From an uncultured Faecalimonas sp. (GTDB lineage Bacteria; Bacillota; Clostridia; Lachnospirales; Lachnospiraceae): 53,949 bases of DNA. Positions within the stretch are counted from its first letter, which is position 1; each line of letters opens with the position of its first letter. Below, piece by piece: positions 9,777 to 19,640 of this stretch. The notes beneath the pieces are model-generated. The model had not been told where the DNA came from and searched no databases. It saw only the letters and a program-made list of their open reading frames with translations. The stretch lies in NCBI GenBank assembly GCA_964385995.1, contig CAYLRF010000004.1, positions 1 to 53,949 on the forward strand, written 5' to 3'. A program made the translations under genes and the position numbers.

Positions 9777-11366
9777 TCATCGTATCCGCCGCTCGTCTTT
9801 TCGCGGGAGGGACAGAGATTTGCCGTCACTTAAACCTTCCTTAAGCACGTCGGAAAGAGCGCTTACGATATCGCCCGCGAGGACGCCGTGCATACCCTTT
9901 TTCTTTGCCGCCTTCATCCCGGCAAGTCCGTGCACATATGCTCCCGCGCACGCCGCGTCAAAGGCCTCCTTGCCCTGTCCCGAGATCCCTGTTATTATCC
10001 CGGATAACACATCTCCCGCGCCGGCTTTCGCCATGGCTGCGTTTCCCGATGTGTTAAGATACGCGGCGCGCCCGGGACTTTTGATAAGTGTTCTCGCGTC
10101 CTTAAGGACACATGTCACATGATACTTTTCGGTAAATTCGCTGAGTATACCAAAACGCCCCGCTTTTACGGCGGAAACGTCGCGGCCCGTAAGACGGGAC
10201 ATTTCCTTCATGTGCGGCGTCAGGATAAGCGGAGCCTTCGCTTTTAGAAGAAGGTTGTTATCTTTCGCGATGAGGTTAAGCGCGTCGGCGTCGACGACAC
10301 ACGGAACACTGACAAAGCTTAGAACCGTCGTAAGTATTTTAAGCGCGGCATCATCCGTTCCCAGTCCGCAGCCCACGCAGACGGCATCGGCATTATTAAG
10401 CGCAAAAATCAATTTCTCCTCTTCGTCGGGAGCCGTAAAGGAGTCTTCATAGGTGCAGACGACGGCCTCGGGCACGGCACTCTGCAGGATTACGCGATTT
10501 GAATCGGCTGTATACACGCATACCTTTCCCGCGCCTGCCGCGTAAGCCGCACTCGCGCAAAGACAGGCCGCTCCCGCCATCCCGTATCTTCCCGCTACAA
10601 TAAGGACATTTCCGCAGTCACCCTTATTCGCGTCCGGCCGTCTCTTCGGATAAATCACGCTTAAATCACTCTCATCAAAACCGAAAGTGACGTGTCCGCA
10701 GGCCGCGGCTAAAACGTCATCCGTGATTCCGATGTCACAGGTTATGACTTCTCCCGCGTATAAAGCGCCGGGATACATCATCACTCCCCTCTTTACGTAT
10801 CCCATTGAAAGCGTGTAATCGGATGTAAACGCGCGCGACATGACTTCGCCCGTGGAATCTTTTACGCCGGTGGGCACATCAAGAGCGACCTTTACGCCTC
10901 CCCGGCTATTCGCTTCCTCGATCGCGCAAAGCATGTCGCCCTCGATCCCGCGATTTAAACCGATTCCTATAAGCGCGTCAACGATGACGTCGTAACGGCA
11001 GGCGTCGCTTCGCCCGTTATGCCGCATAAACGTGTCGATTCCGATAACGGGGATGTTATAGTGGCGGCAGATTTTAAGCTGAGATGAGTTTTCGGCGCTT
11101 CTTTTTTCGTCGTCGCCCGTAAGAAGGATCGTGACATCATATCCATTTACGAAAAGGATCCTGGAAAGCGCGAGTCCGTCGCCTCCGTTATTTCCCGTCC
11201 CGCACATGACGAGTATCCTCATGTCTCGGGTTAAGACGCGCTTTTTCAGAAATTCGTACGCCGAAAGCGCGGCGCGTTCCGTAAGAACAGAAGAATTTAC
11301 GCCGACAGTCTCAGTCATATAAAGATCGGCAAGATGCGCTTGGGCGCCCGTCGGAAAATACAGCAT
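9777..11366 (-). CDS. nnr: Bifunctional NAD(P)H-hydrate repair enzyme (epimerase/ADP-dependent dehydratase)
   Basis: 529 aa. YjeF-N motif GTGNNGGDG and a C-terminal kinase-like motif (GAGDVLSGI). Confidence 0.9.
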   Translation of the reverse strand: MLYFPTGAQAHLADLYMTETVGVNSSVLTERAALSAYEFLKKRVLTRDMRILVMCGTGNNGGDGLALSRILFVNGYDVTILLTGDDEKRSAENSSQLKICRHYNIPVIGIDTFMRHNGRSDACRYDVIVDALIGIGLNRGIEGDMLCAIEEANSRGGVKVALDVPTGVKDSTGEVMSRAFTSDYTLSMGYVKRGVMMYPGALYAGEVITCDIGITDDVLAAACGHVTFGFDESDLSVIYPKRRPDANKGDCGNVLIVAGRYGMAGAACLCASAAYAAGAGKVCVYTADSNRVILQSAVPEAVVCTYEDSFTAPDEEEKLIFALNNADAVCVGCGLGTDDAALKILTTVLSFVSVPCVVDADALNLIAKDNNLLLKAKAPLILTPHMKEMSRLTGRDVSAVKAGRFGILSEFTEKYHVTCVLKDARTLIKSPGRAAYLNTSGNAAMAKAGAGDVLSGIITGISGQGKEAFDAACAGAYVHGLAGMKAAKKKGMHGVLAGDIVSALSDVLKEGLSDGKSLSLPRKDERRIR

Positions 11367-11378
11367 AAGCTTATCCTT

Positions 11379-12041
11379 TCATCCGCGCGGATTTTCGTCT
11401 TTGTCTTCGGCGGCGTTTCGCCTCGCGAGCTTATAGGAAAGCCGCATGAGACTTTCGGAAAGATGGACGTTTTCGACTATTATGTCGGGCGGAAGCTTCA
11501 GATCGGTGTGAGCGAAATTCCAGATAGCCTTTATGCCGGTATCGGCCAACGTCGACGCCACGCCAGGCGCCTGAGTCTTCGGCACGGTAAGAACCGCGAT
11601 TTCGATGTTGTTCTCGGAAAGAAACGACTCCAGTTCGTCCATGGGACGTATGGGGACATTTCGCACCTTAACTCCTTTTAATTCGGGATTTACGTCAAAA
11701 AGCCCTTTTAGGATAAAACCGCGATTTTCAAAATTCGTATATTTCGCGAGAGCCTGACCTAAGTTTCCCGCGCCGATGATGACGAAACTGTGTTTGGCGT
11801 CAAGGCCCAGTATCTTACCTATCTGCGCGTAAAGGTGCTTTACGTTGTAACCGTATCCCTGCTGCCCGAATCCGCCGAAGTGGTTAAAATCTTGTCTTAT
11901 CTGTGAGGCTGTCACGTTCATCCTGCGGCTTAATTCTTTCGACGAAATGCGCTCCACATCGTGCGCCAGAAGGTCGCCGAGGTAGCGGTAATATCTGGGA
12001 AGTCTTGCTATGACGGCGGGTGATATCCTTTCTTTTTCCAT
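11379..12041 (-). CDS. rex: Redox-sensing transcriptional repressor Rex
   Basis: 220 aa. ISPAVIARLPRYYRYL and the Rossmann motif IIGAGNLGQAL. Confidence 0.95.
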   Translation of the reverse strand: MEKERISPAVIARLPRYYRYLGDLLAHDVERISSKELSRRMNVTASQIRQDFNHFGGFGQQGYGYNVKHLYAQIGKILGLDAKHSFVIIGAGNLGQALAKYTNFENRGFILKGLFDVNPELKGVKVRNVPIRPMDELESFLSENNIEIAVLTVPKTQAPGVASTLADTGIKAIWNFAHTDLKLPPDIIVENVHLSESLMRLSYKLARRNAAEDKDENPRG

Positions 12042-13439
12042 TTAAAAATCTCCGTTTTGCTTCATCTGCCGATCCGACGTGCGCCGCGCCGCCTCTTCCA
12101 TGCACTTTATGTATCCTCCGACGCACTCCTTCCTTGACGCGAAGCGAAGGACATACTCGCGCGGCCGGCTTAAACGCGGGGCGTCATCCTTCGCGGGCGA
12201 ATAAGTTTCCCGTGCGTGAGTCTCACCCTCGGTTGAGAAGATACGTGACTTTTCATATGCCATTTTTATCTCTCCAGCGAGAGCGGGCGCGTCCTCGGGA
12301 GGCACGCAGACACCGGCATGGGCCGCTTTCAAGATATCGGACAGCTCGCTTGTTTCATCAAACGAGGCGATAATCGGCGTATCGCAGGCCATGATCGGCC
12401 AAATCTTACTCGGCATACAGTTATCGGCGCTTCCCCTTTTGCATGTGACAAGCGCCGCGTCGGCCACGCTGTATACCTCGGCCACGCGTTCGTCGGGAAG
12501 AAGCCCGTGAGCGATGACATTCGCGGGCTTTTTATCCCGCAGATAATCTTTTACCGCTCCGAATCCGAAGCCTCCGCCGAAGATGACAAAGAGGATTTCT
12601 TCGACGTCCTCAAGTAATTTCGCGGCTTCAATCACTATCTCCGCGCCCTGTGCCGCTCCGAAATTCCCCGCGTAAAGGACGATAAACTTATCTCTCGGGA
12701 TATCAAACTCATCAAAAAGGCGATTCTTTTCCGGCGGAATCGGAAAGACGAGATCCGGATCCACCCAGTTTGATATGACAGCCGTCTTTTCCCGCGCGAC
12801 GCCTTTTCGGGCGATGTTTCGCTCCATGGAGCGGGAGATGGTGATGACTCGCTCGGAAAGTGAGTAAGTCTTATCCTCCACCGCTCTTCCGATCTTCCAG
12901 GTCACGCTCCCCTTTTTCGTAAGCCCCGTCGATACCAGAGAATCCGGGAAGACATCCTGCAAAGAGTAAATAAAGGGACACTTAATGCTCCTTGCGATAA
13001 GTCCCGCCACAAGTCCCTGTGTGGGCGGCGTGCTGGACGCGAACACCAGATCCGTATCTTTCATCCGGCGTCCGATGAGATACTCGCGGATGTTGCACCA
13101 AAGATATCTTATCGCCCTTGATAGGGATGACTTTTTCTCTTTCGGAGCCCAAAACCTGTGTACCGCGGCTCCGTATACTGTTTCGGGCGTTTTTTTCTCA
13201 CCGTCGGAGCGCGAGGCGTCACGGCGGGACGCGCGTGCGCCGTCATCCCCTGAGGTCGTCTTATTCTTAGCGCGTTTACGCTTCAGGCCGTCGCCGGCAA
13301 AGACCTCTCGTGACGGCTCGGGGCAGATTACGTCGACTTTATGTCCCCTTGCCGCAAGCTCCATGATCAGATCTCTTTCAAGATGCGTAAGCGCCGTAAG
13401 CTCGGGATAAAAATAAGCGTCCGCGAATAATATGTTCAT
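12042..13439 (-). CDS. Glycosyltransferase family 4 protein with charged insertion and C-terminal extension
   Basis: 465 aa. GT-B/GT4-like sequence (MNILFADAYFYPE..., NWVDPDLVF, FGGGFG...). Carries a low-complexity insert (KRKRAKNKTTSGDDGARASRRDASRSDGEKK). Confidence 0.75.
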   Translation of the reverse strand: MNILFADAYFYPELTALTHLERDLIMELAARGHKVDVICPEPSREVFAGDGLKRKRAKNKTTSGDDGARASRRDASRSDGEKKTPETVYGAAVHRFWAPKEKKSSLSRAIRYLWCNIREYLIGRRMKDTDLVFASSTPPTQGLVAGLIARSIKCPFIYSLQDVFPDSLVSTGLTKKGSVTWKIGRAVEDKTYSLSERVITISRSMERNIARKGVAREKTAVISNWVDPDLVFPIPPEKNRLFDEFDIPRDKFIVLYAGNFGAAQGAEIVIEAAKLLEDVEEILFVIFGGGFGFGAVKDYLRDKKPANVIAHGLLPDERVAEVYSVADAALVTCKRGSADNCMPSKIWPIMACDTPIIASFDETSELSDILKAAHAGVCVPPEDAPALAGEIKMAYEKSRIFSTEGETHARETYSPAKDDAPRLSRPREYVLRFASRKECVGGYIKCMEEAARRTSDRQMKQNGDF

Positions 13440-13453
13440 GTCTTAGGGATTTT

Positions 13454-16093
13454 TTAGTTTATCATAAGGCTTAGGGCCTTCTCAGCCTCGCTTAAGGCGG
13501 CCTTAATGCCTGAAGGGTTCTTCCCTCCCGCCTGAGCCATCGTGTCTCTTCCTCCGCCGCCTCCCCCGATTAGCGGAGCCAGTGTCTTTATCATCTTCGC
13601 GGAGTCGGCGCCGCGCTTTACGGCTTCGTCGGTAGCGGTGACTATGAGATTTACTTTATCATCTACTCTTGATGCGAGGACGGCGACGAGCGCTCCCTGC
13701 TTTTCCTTAAGCGTATCGGAAAGCTTACGAAGCGTGTTCATGTCAGCGTCATCCACCGACGCGGTGATAAGTTTTACGCCCTCTATGTCCACAGCGTTTT
13801 TAATCGAATCGGTAAGCGCATCCTTCGCGGCCGAGGAGCGAAGTGACTCGAGCTCGTTTTCGAGCTTTCTTATCTCCGTCGTCATATGCGCGACTTTTTC
13901 GGCGAGTTCCGACGGTCTTACCTTCGCGACGTCGGCCGCATCGAGGAGCATCTTCTCCGCGTTTTTGTAATACGTAAAGACTCCGTCGCCCGTTACCGCC
14001 TCTATGCGCCGCACTCCCGCCGCCACTCCCGATTCGGACAGGATCTTAAAGCAGATGATGTCGCCGGTATTTGACACATGAGTACCGCCGCAAAGCTCTT
14101 TGGAGCGATCCCCCATGGTGACCACGCGCACGCTTTCGCCGTATTTTTCGTCAAAAAGAGCCATGGCCCCCGATTTCTTCGCCGATTTCAAATCCGTAAC
14201 TTCGGTGGTTACCTCGATATGAGCGCGGATCCCGGCGTTTACGATTTTTTCGACCTGTTCCAGTTCGGCGCTGCTTACGGGCTCGAAATGCGAAAAATCA
14301 AATCGCAGCCTGTCGGCGGATACATATGAACCCTTCTGCTCGACATGCGTTCCGAGGACCTGTCTTAACGCGCCGTGCAGCAGGTGAGTCGCGCTGTGAT
14401 TGCGGCAGGTAGCGATCCGGTTTTCCTTATCGACCGCGAGGGTTATCCTGTCGCCTTTTTTTAACATTCCTTCCGTCACCACGCCCAGATGAGCGATCTT
14501 GCCGCCTAAGAGCCTTACGGTATCGCGTACGACAAACTCTCCCTCCTTCGCGGTTATAAGTCCCTTGTCGCCTTCCTGACCGCCCATTGTCGCGTAAAAC
14601 GGTGTCTCATCCGCGATTAAGGCCGCCTCCTCTCCCTCCGTCACGGCCTCCGCGAGATCGTCCCCGGCGGTTATGACGGATATCACCGAGTCACACGCGG
14701 TTACGTCATATCCTTTAAAGGTGCATGTCACATCGGCGCCGATTTTATCAAATACCGTGGCGTCGGCGCCCATGTAGTTCGTCGTCTTTCTCGCTTTTCT
14801 CGCGAGATCGCGCTGCTCGTCCATCTTCTTTTTAAATCCCGCCTCATCTACAGCGATATGATCCTCGGCCAATATCTCGCGGGTGAGATCAAGCGGAAAT
14901 CCGTATGTGTCATAAAGACGAAAAGCGTCATCGCCGCTCACCTTCGCGGCGCCTGTTTCTTTCGTCCGTTCCTGAAGATCCAAGAGAAGGCGCAGGCCCT
15001 GATCTATCGTTCGATCGAATTTCGCCTCTTCCTTAGAGAGCACATGGAGGATAAAGTCCTTTTTTTCTTCCAGTTCGGGATATCCGTCCTTTGAAAGCTC
15101 TATCACGGTTTCGGCAAGCTTTGAGAGACTTCCGCTTTTTATGCCGAGAAGCGCGGCGTGCCTCGCGGCCCTTCTTATAAGCCGCCTTAGGACATATCCT
15201 CTCGCCTCGTTAGAAGGCATGATTCCGTCAGATATCATAAATGTGGCGGATCGCATATGATCCGTTATGAGGCGGATGGAGACATCTTTTTTCGCGTCCG
15301 TCCCGTATGTGACACGCGCCGATTCGCACACCCTGTCCCTTAAGGCGCGGACGGTATCTATGTCAAAGATGGAATCGACGTCCTGCACGATCATCGCGAG
15401 CCTTTCAAGGCCCATGCCCGTGTCGATGTTTTTTTGCTTAAGCTCGGTATATCCGCCCTTTCCGTCGCCGTTAAACTGCGAGAATACGTTGTTCCAGACT
15501 TCCACGTATCGATCGCAGTCACAGCCGACCGTGCATCCCGGCCTTGCGCAGCCGTATTTTTCTCCGCGGTCATAATAGATCTCGGAGCAGGGACCGCAGG
15601 GACCTTCCCCGTGCTCCCAGAAATTATCCTCTTTCCCGAATTTAAAAATCCTTTCCGCGTCAATCCCTATCTCTTTATTCCATATCTCAAAGGCCTCGTC
15701 GTCCTCTTCGTAAACGGAAGGATAAAGTCGATCCGCATCAAGGCCCACGACCCGGGTCAAAAATTCCCACGACCACTCTATGGCCTCATGTTTAAAATAA
15801 TCACCGAAGGAGAAATTTCCCAGCATCTCGAAAAACGTACCGTGACGTGAGGTCTTTCCGACGTTTTCTATATCACCCGTGCGTATGCACTTCTGACAGG
15901 TGGCGACCCTCCTTCGGGGCGGAATCTCCGCGCCCGTAAAATACGGTTTTAACGGAGCCATGCCGGAATTTATGAGAAGCAGACTTTTATCGTTATGCGG
16001 CACAAGTGAAAAGCTTTTCATCACCAAATGCCCTTTTCCCTCGAAAAATTCCAGAAACATGCGCCGAAGCTCATTAACGCCGTACTGTTTCAT
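13454..16093 (-). CDS. alaS: Alanine--tRNA ligase
   Basis: 879 aa. WNNVFSQF, editing-domain motifs HSATHLLH and CGGTH, and a C-terminal DHHA1 GGGGG tract. Confidence 0.97.
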   Translation of the reverse strand: MKQYGVNELRRMFLEFFEGKGHLVMKSFSLVPHNDKSLLLINSGMAPLKPYFTGAEIPPRRRVATCQKCIRTGDIENVGKTSRHGTFFEMLGNFSFGDYFKHEAIEWSWEFLTRVVGLDADRLYPSVYEEDDEAFEIWNKEIGIDAERIFKFGKEDNFWEHGEGPCGPCSEIYYDRGEKYGCARPGCTVGCDCDRYVEVWNNVFSQFNGDGKGGYTELKQKNIDTGMGLERLAMIVQDVDSIFDIDTVRALRDRVCESARVTYGTDAKKDVSIRLITDHMRSATFMISDGIMPSNEARGYVLRRLIRRAARHAALLGIKSGSLSKLAETVIELSKDGYPELEEKKDFILHVLSKEEAKFDRTIDQGLRLLLDLQERTKETGAAKVSGDDAFRLYDTYGFPLDLTREILAEDHIAVDEAGFKKKMDEQRDLARKARKTTNYMGADATVFDKIGADVTCTFKGYDVTACDSVISVITAGDDLAEAVTEGEEAALIADETPFYATMGGQEGDKGLITAKEGEFVVRDTVRLLGGKIAHLGVVTEGMLKKGDRITLAVDKENRIATCRNHSATHLLHGALRQVLGTHVEQKGSYVSADRLRFDFSHFEPVSSAELEQVEKIVNAGIRAHIEVTTEVTDLKSAKKSGAMALFDEKYGESVRVVTMGDRSKELCGGTHVSNTGDIICFKILSESGVAAGVRRIEAVTGDGVFTYYKNAEKMLLDAADVAKVRPSELAEKVAHMTTEIRKLENELESLRSSAAKDALTDSIKNAVDIEGVKLITASVDDADMNTLRKLSDTLKEKQGALVAVLASRVDDKVNLIVTATDEAVKRGADSAKMIKTLAPLIGGGGGGRDTMAQAGGKNPSGIKAALSEAEKALSLMIN

Positions 16094-16177
16094 GCCAAAT
16101 AACCGCCTTCCTTAAAATGCAGCTTCTTTATCAAAAATCGCCCTGCTTTACAGTTTTCATCATTGAAACAGGCTTCT

Positions 16178-16324
16178 TTACGTCTCGGATTCCCCGCCGC
16201 TTTTAAGTTTGCCGTCATGTTTTTTGCGAAGAGCCCTGCCCAAAAATATACCGCCCGTTATGCCGCAGGCGACTATCGCCATCTTTATGAGCGCCTTAAT
16301 GACCTCGGCCGCGAATGCCCCCAT
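16178..16324 (-). CDS. Possible 48-aa single-pass membrane peptide (below the track's size cutoff)
   Basis: Own translation: MGAFAAEVIKALIKMAIVACGITGGIFLGRALRKKHDGKLKSGGESET. GAAAGGAA lies about 9 nt upstream of the ATG. Sits in the 255-nt metH-alaS spacer. Confidence 0.3.
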   Translation of the reverse strand: MGAFAAEVIKALIKMAIVACGITGGIFLGRALRKKHDGKLKSGGESET

Positions 16325-16348
16325 TTTACCCGTTCCTTTCCGTTTATT

Positions 16349-18883
16349 TTACTCCCCGAAGACCTCTCTCGCGTACTTTACCGACTGCGTGGCGTCTTTC
16401 GAGTAAAAATCCGCGCCTATCATCGCTGCGTACTCGCGCGTTAATACCGCTCCGCCCACCATCACCTTCACGTCTTCGCACTCGGCCTTAAGCTGTCTTA
16501 TCGTCTCTTTCATGCTCTCCACTGTCGTCGTCATGAGAGCGCTTAGGCCGACCAGCTTTATGCCTCCCGCTTTAGTCTCTCTTACGATGTCCTCCGGCGG
16601 CACGTCCTTTCCCATGTCGATGACGTCATAACCGTAGTTTTCCAGAAGTACCTTTACTATGTTTTTTCCTATGTCGTGTATGTCGCCTTTTACCGTGGCG
16701 AGAAGTATCTTTTCACCCTTAGCGCGGCTTACGCCGTCGGAAGTCATTTTCTCTTTTAACGCGCTAAACGCCGCCTTGGCCGCCTCCGCGCTCATAAGAA
16801 GCTGCGGGAGAAATATCCTGCCCGCCTCAAAGCCGTCTCCCACCTCGTCGAGCGCTGGGACGACGCAGGAATTTATGACATCCATGGGCCTTAACTTATC
16901 CGTAAGGAGAGACGCGATGGCGCCCGCTTCTTCCTTAAGGCCGTTTATTATCGCGGATTTTAATGCGGCAGATGCGCCCTCTTCTTCGCCTTCACTGTTT
17001 TCAGCCTCCGAAGGCGGCTTTTCTTTTGCCGAGGCGGGTTTTCCTTTTTTGTCCGATACGCGCACCGGCCCGTCTTTATCTCCCCCGCGCGGCCGGGGAC
17101 CTCCTTTGCCGCTCATTTCTCTCGTCGGCGCGGCTGATTTCTTATCCCCCGCGAAGCCTATGTAAGCCTTAAAATCCTTATCAAGCCCGCTTAGCGCCCT
17201 GAATGAACGGTATACTCCCATCATCTCGTCTGAAAGCGGATTTATGATAGCGGCCGAAAGACGCCTCTCAAGCGCCATGAGATAAAAGCTCGCGTTTAAA
17301 AGGCTCCGCGCGGGCAGTCCGAACGAGACATTTGAAACACCGAGCAGGGTGTTTACCCCGTAGCGCTCACGCACCATGCTCATGGCGTCCAGTGTGATTT
17401 TCGCACTGTCGGGATCCGCGCTCACCGCCATCGTGAGCGTATCAATTACTATGTCTTTCTTGGGGATACCGTAACGCGCGGCCTCCTCTATGATCTTTCC
17501 CGCCAGACGGCATCTGCCCTCCGCGGTATCCGGGATACCCTTTTCATCCAGTGTAAGCCCGACGACGACGCCTCCGTATTTCGCGACGGGAGGAAAGACA
17601 TTATCCATCGACTTTTGCGAGGCGTTCACGGAATTTACCATGGGCTTTCCGTTATAGGCGCGCATGGCGTCCTTTAGAGCCTCCGGATTTGATGTATCTA
17701 TCTGAAGCGGGAGACGTATCACGCTTTGTAAGCGGGTCACGGTTTCTTTAAGCACCGCGCGTTCATCTATCCCCGGAAGTCCGACGTTTACGTCCAGTAT
17801 GTGAGAGGCCGCCTCCTGCTCGACTATGCCCTCTTTTAAAACAGTATCATAGTCCCCGCCCAGAAGCGCCTGCTTTAAGCGGCTTTTTCCCGTAGGATTT
17901 ATCCTCTCTCCTATGATGACGGGATCGTCGCCGATAAATACGGCGCCCGCGTACGATGAGACCACGGTCTCGTCCGCGGGTTTAATCGGTTTTACTCTTA
18001 TGTGACGGCAGCTTTTGACCGCCGCGGCTATGTGCTCGGGCGTGGTGCCGCAGCATCCTCCCGCCAGATGGGCGCCGGCGTTTACGGTAGCCTTAAGATC
18101 CTTCGCGAAAAGCTCGGGCGATACGTCATAGACGGTCTCATCCCCCTGACGGACCGGAAGACCGGCGTTTGGCTTTACGATGACGGGAACGGAGGAATGT
18201 CTTACTATCTCCGGCAATATCCGAAGCACCTGCGCGGGGCCCATGCCGCAGTTTACGCCGAGAGCGTCGACCCTTAATCCTTCGAGCATAGCGACGGCCG
18301 ACGGGATATCTCCTCCCGTAAGCAGCCTTCCTTTCTCATCGAAAGTCACCGTGGCGAAAACGGGAAGATCGCAGGCTTCCTTCGCAGCGAGGACGGCCGC
18401 CTTCGCCTCGTAAAGATCTGTCATCGTCTCGATGTAAATAATATCCGCGCCTGCCTCTTTCCCGTACGTCACGGCCTCGAAAAAAGCGTCGTAGGCGTCC
18501 TCAAATGAAAGATCCCCCAGAGGCTTAAGAAGCTTTCCCGTAGGACCTATGTCAAGCGCGACAAGATATGACCCCTCTTTACGCGCCGCGTCTACGGCCG
18601 CGTCTTTTGCGAGCCTTACGCCCTGCCTTACCGTGTCACGAAGAAGATCTGCGCCGCCCGGCATTTTCACGCGGTTCGCGCCGAAAGTATTCGTAAGAAT
18701 TATATCGCTTCCCGCCGAAAGGTACGCCGCGTGGACTCTTTTTACGGCGTCCGGCCTTTTTATGTTCCAAAGCTCGGGAGCCTCTCCGCTTATAAGGCCT
18801 TCCCTTTGCAGCACGGTTCCCATAGCCCCGTCCAGAAATAATAATTCTTTACCGAGACGTTCCCGAAGCATCTGTCCCTTCAT
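16349..18883 (-). CDS. metH: Methionine synthase (Hcy-methyltransferase + pterin-binding + B12-binding domains, no activation domain)
   Basis: 844 aa. N-terminal S-methyltransferase domain (GGCCGTTPEHI), pterin-binding region, and the B12 motif GDIHDIGKNIV. The start could instead be the ATG four codons downstream. Confidence 0.9.
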   Translation of the reverse strand: MKGQMLRERLGKELLFLDGAMGTVLQREGLISGEAPELWNIKRPDAVKRVHAAYLSAGSDIILTNTFGANRVKMPGGADLLRDTVRQGVRLAKDAAVDAARKEGSYLVALDIGPTGKLLKPLGDLSFEDAYDAFFEAVTYGKEAGADIIYIETMTDLYEAKAAVLAAKEACDLPVFATVTFDEKGRLLTGGDIPSAVAMLEGLRVDALGVNCGMGPAQVLRILPEIVRHSSVPVIVKPNAGLPVRQGDETVYDVSPELFAKDLKATVNAGAHLAGGCCGTTPEHIAAAVKSCRHIRVKPIKPADETVVSSYAGAVFIGDDPVIIGERINPTGKSRLKQALLGGDYDTVLKEGIVEQEAASHILDVNVGLPGIDERAVLKETVTRLQSVIRLPLQIDTSNPEALKDAMRAYNGKPMVNSVNASQKSMDNVFPPVAKYGGVVVGLTLDEKGIPDTAEGRCRLAGKIIEEAARYGIPKKDIVIDTLTMAVSADPDSAKITLDAMSMVRERYGVNTLLGVSNVSFGLPARSLLNASFYLMALERRLSAAIINPLSDEMMGVYRSFRALSGLDKDFKAYIGFAGDKKSAAPTREMSGKGGPRPRGGDKDGPVRVSDKKGKPASAKEKPPSEAENSEGEEEGASAALKSAIINGLKEEAGAIASLLTDKLRPMDVINSCVVPALDEVGDGFEAGRIFLPQLLMSAEAAKAAFSALKEKMTSDGVSRAKGEKILLATVKGDIHDIGKNIVKVLLENYGYDVIDMGKDVPPEDIVRETKAGGIKLVGLSALMTTTVESMKETIRQLKAECEDVKVMVGGAVLTREYAAMIGADFYSKDATQSVKYAREVFGE

Positions 18884-18904
18884 AAATATGTCTTAATGCC
18901 TTTC

Positions 18905-18940
18905 ATCTTCCCTTTCCCGACGTATTTTTGCGCGTCGGAA
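18905..18940 (-). repeat. Partial family-1 module (hairpin B + purine tract)
   Basis: Coding-strand read: CCGACG-CGCAAAAATA-CGTCGG followed by GAAAGGGAAG. It lies in the spacer upstream of metH. Confidence 0.4.
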
Positions 18941-18962
18941 AGGCGGTTTATGAGTTTTCCCT

Positions 18963-19640
18963 TCAGACTTTATAAATCCCGATAAGCGCCGTCACGGATT
19001 TCGTGGGGGCCAGCATACATCCGTCCGTCACGGTAAGACCTATTTTTTTCGGCGCCTCGAGCATGTCCAGTATGTCTTTTTGGTGCGCCGCCTGAAAGTC
19101 TCCGTATCCGGGGCTGAATCTCGGCTTTAGGCAAAACCCGTCATCAAGCTCTTCTTTAATCCTCTCATTTACCTCGTCACAGTAATTTTCAAGATACGCA
19201 GCAGCGCAGGCGTTTACGCAGGCGGCGTTTGCCATATCCGTAACCGAGGCCCTCGCCATGAGGCGATCGATCGCGGCCCCGAGCGTCGCCGCGAAGATAA
19301 CGGTTTTTTCACAGCCCGAAAGATTCTTTGAAAGATCCGAGCTTTTTATATCCGCCTTTCCTATCCTCATCCCGAAAGACTCGTAACGCTCTATATCATA
19401 AACCGCGTGGAGGCTTTTCGGCTCTGCCTCCCGTACTATCGCGTAAAGCGCAGATTTAAGCAGTTCATATATCCTGGTATCCAGATTTGCGTTACCTGAG
19501 ATACCCATGTAACGCGCGGCCTCTTTTATCAGGGCGTCCTCGCGAAGCATCCCCACGGATACGCCTCCTTCTATGGTAAGTTGCCGCCGTGCCGAAACTC
19601 CTAAGGGCGCGGCAAACGGCTTTTTCTCCGGCTCTGTCAC
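18963..19640 (-). CDS. Stand-alone methionine synthase activation (AdoMet-binding) domain protein
   Basis: 225 aa. The C-terminal region (RFSPGYGDF...GLTVTDGCMLAPTKSVTALIGI) resembles the MetH reactivation domain. Located between metF and metH. Confidence 0.75.
   Translation of the reverse strand: MTEPEKKPFAAPLGVSARRQLTIEGGVSVGMLREDALIKEAARYMGISGNANLDTRIYELLKSALYAIVREAEPKSLHAVYDIERYESFGMRIGKADIKSSDLSKNLSGCEKTVIFAATLGAAIDRLMARASVTDMANAACVNACAAAYLENYCDEVNERIKEELDDGFCLKPRFSPGYGDFQAAHQKDILDMLEAPKKIGLTVTDGCMLAPTKSVTALIGIYKV

Noticed and set aside
16094-16348. T-box leader for alaS
   Set aside because: No T-box or specifier-loop signature was seen. The region is better explained by a small ORF plus a hairpin.
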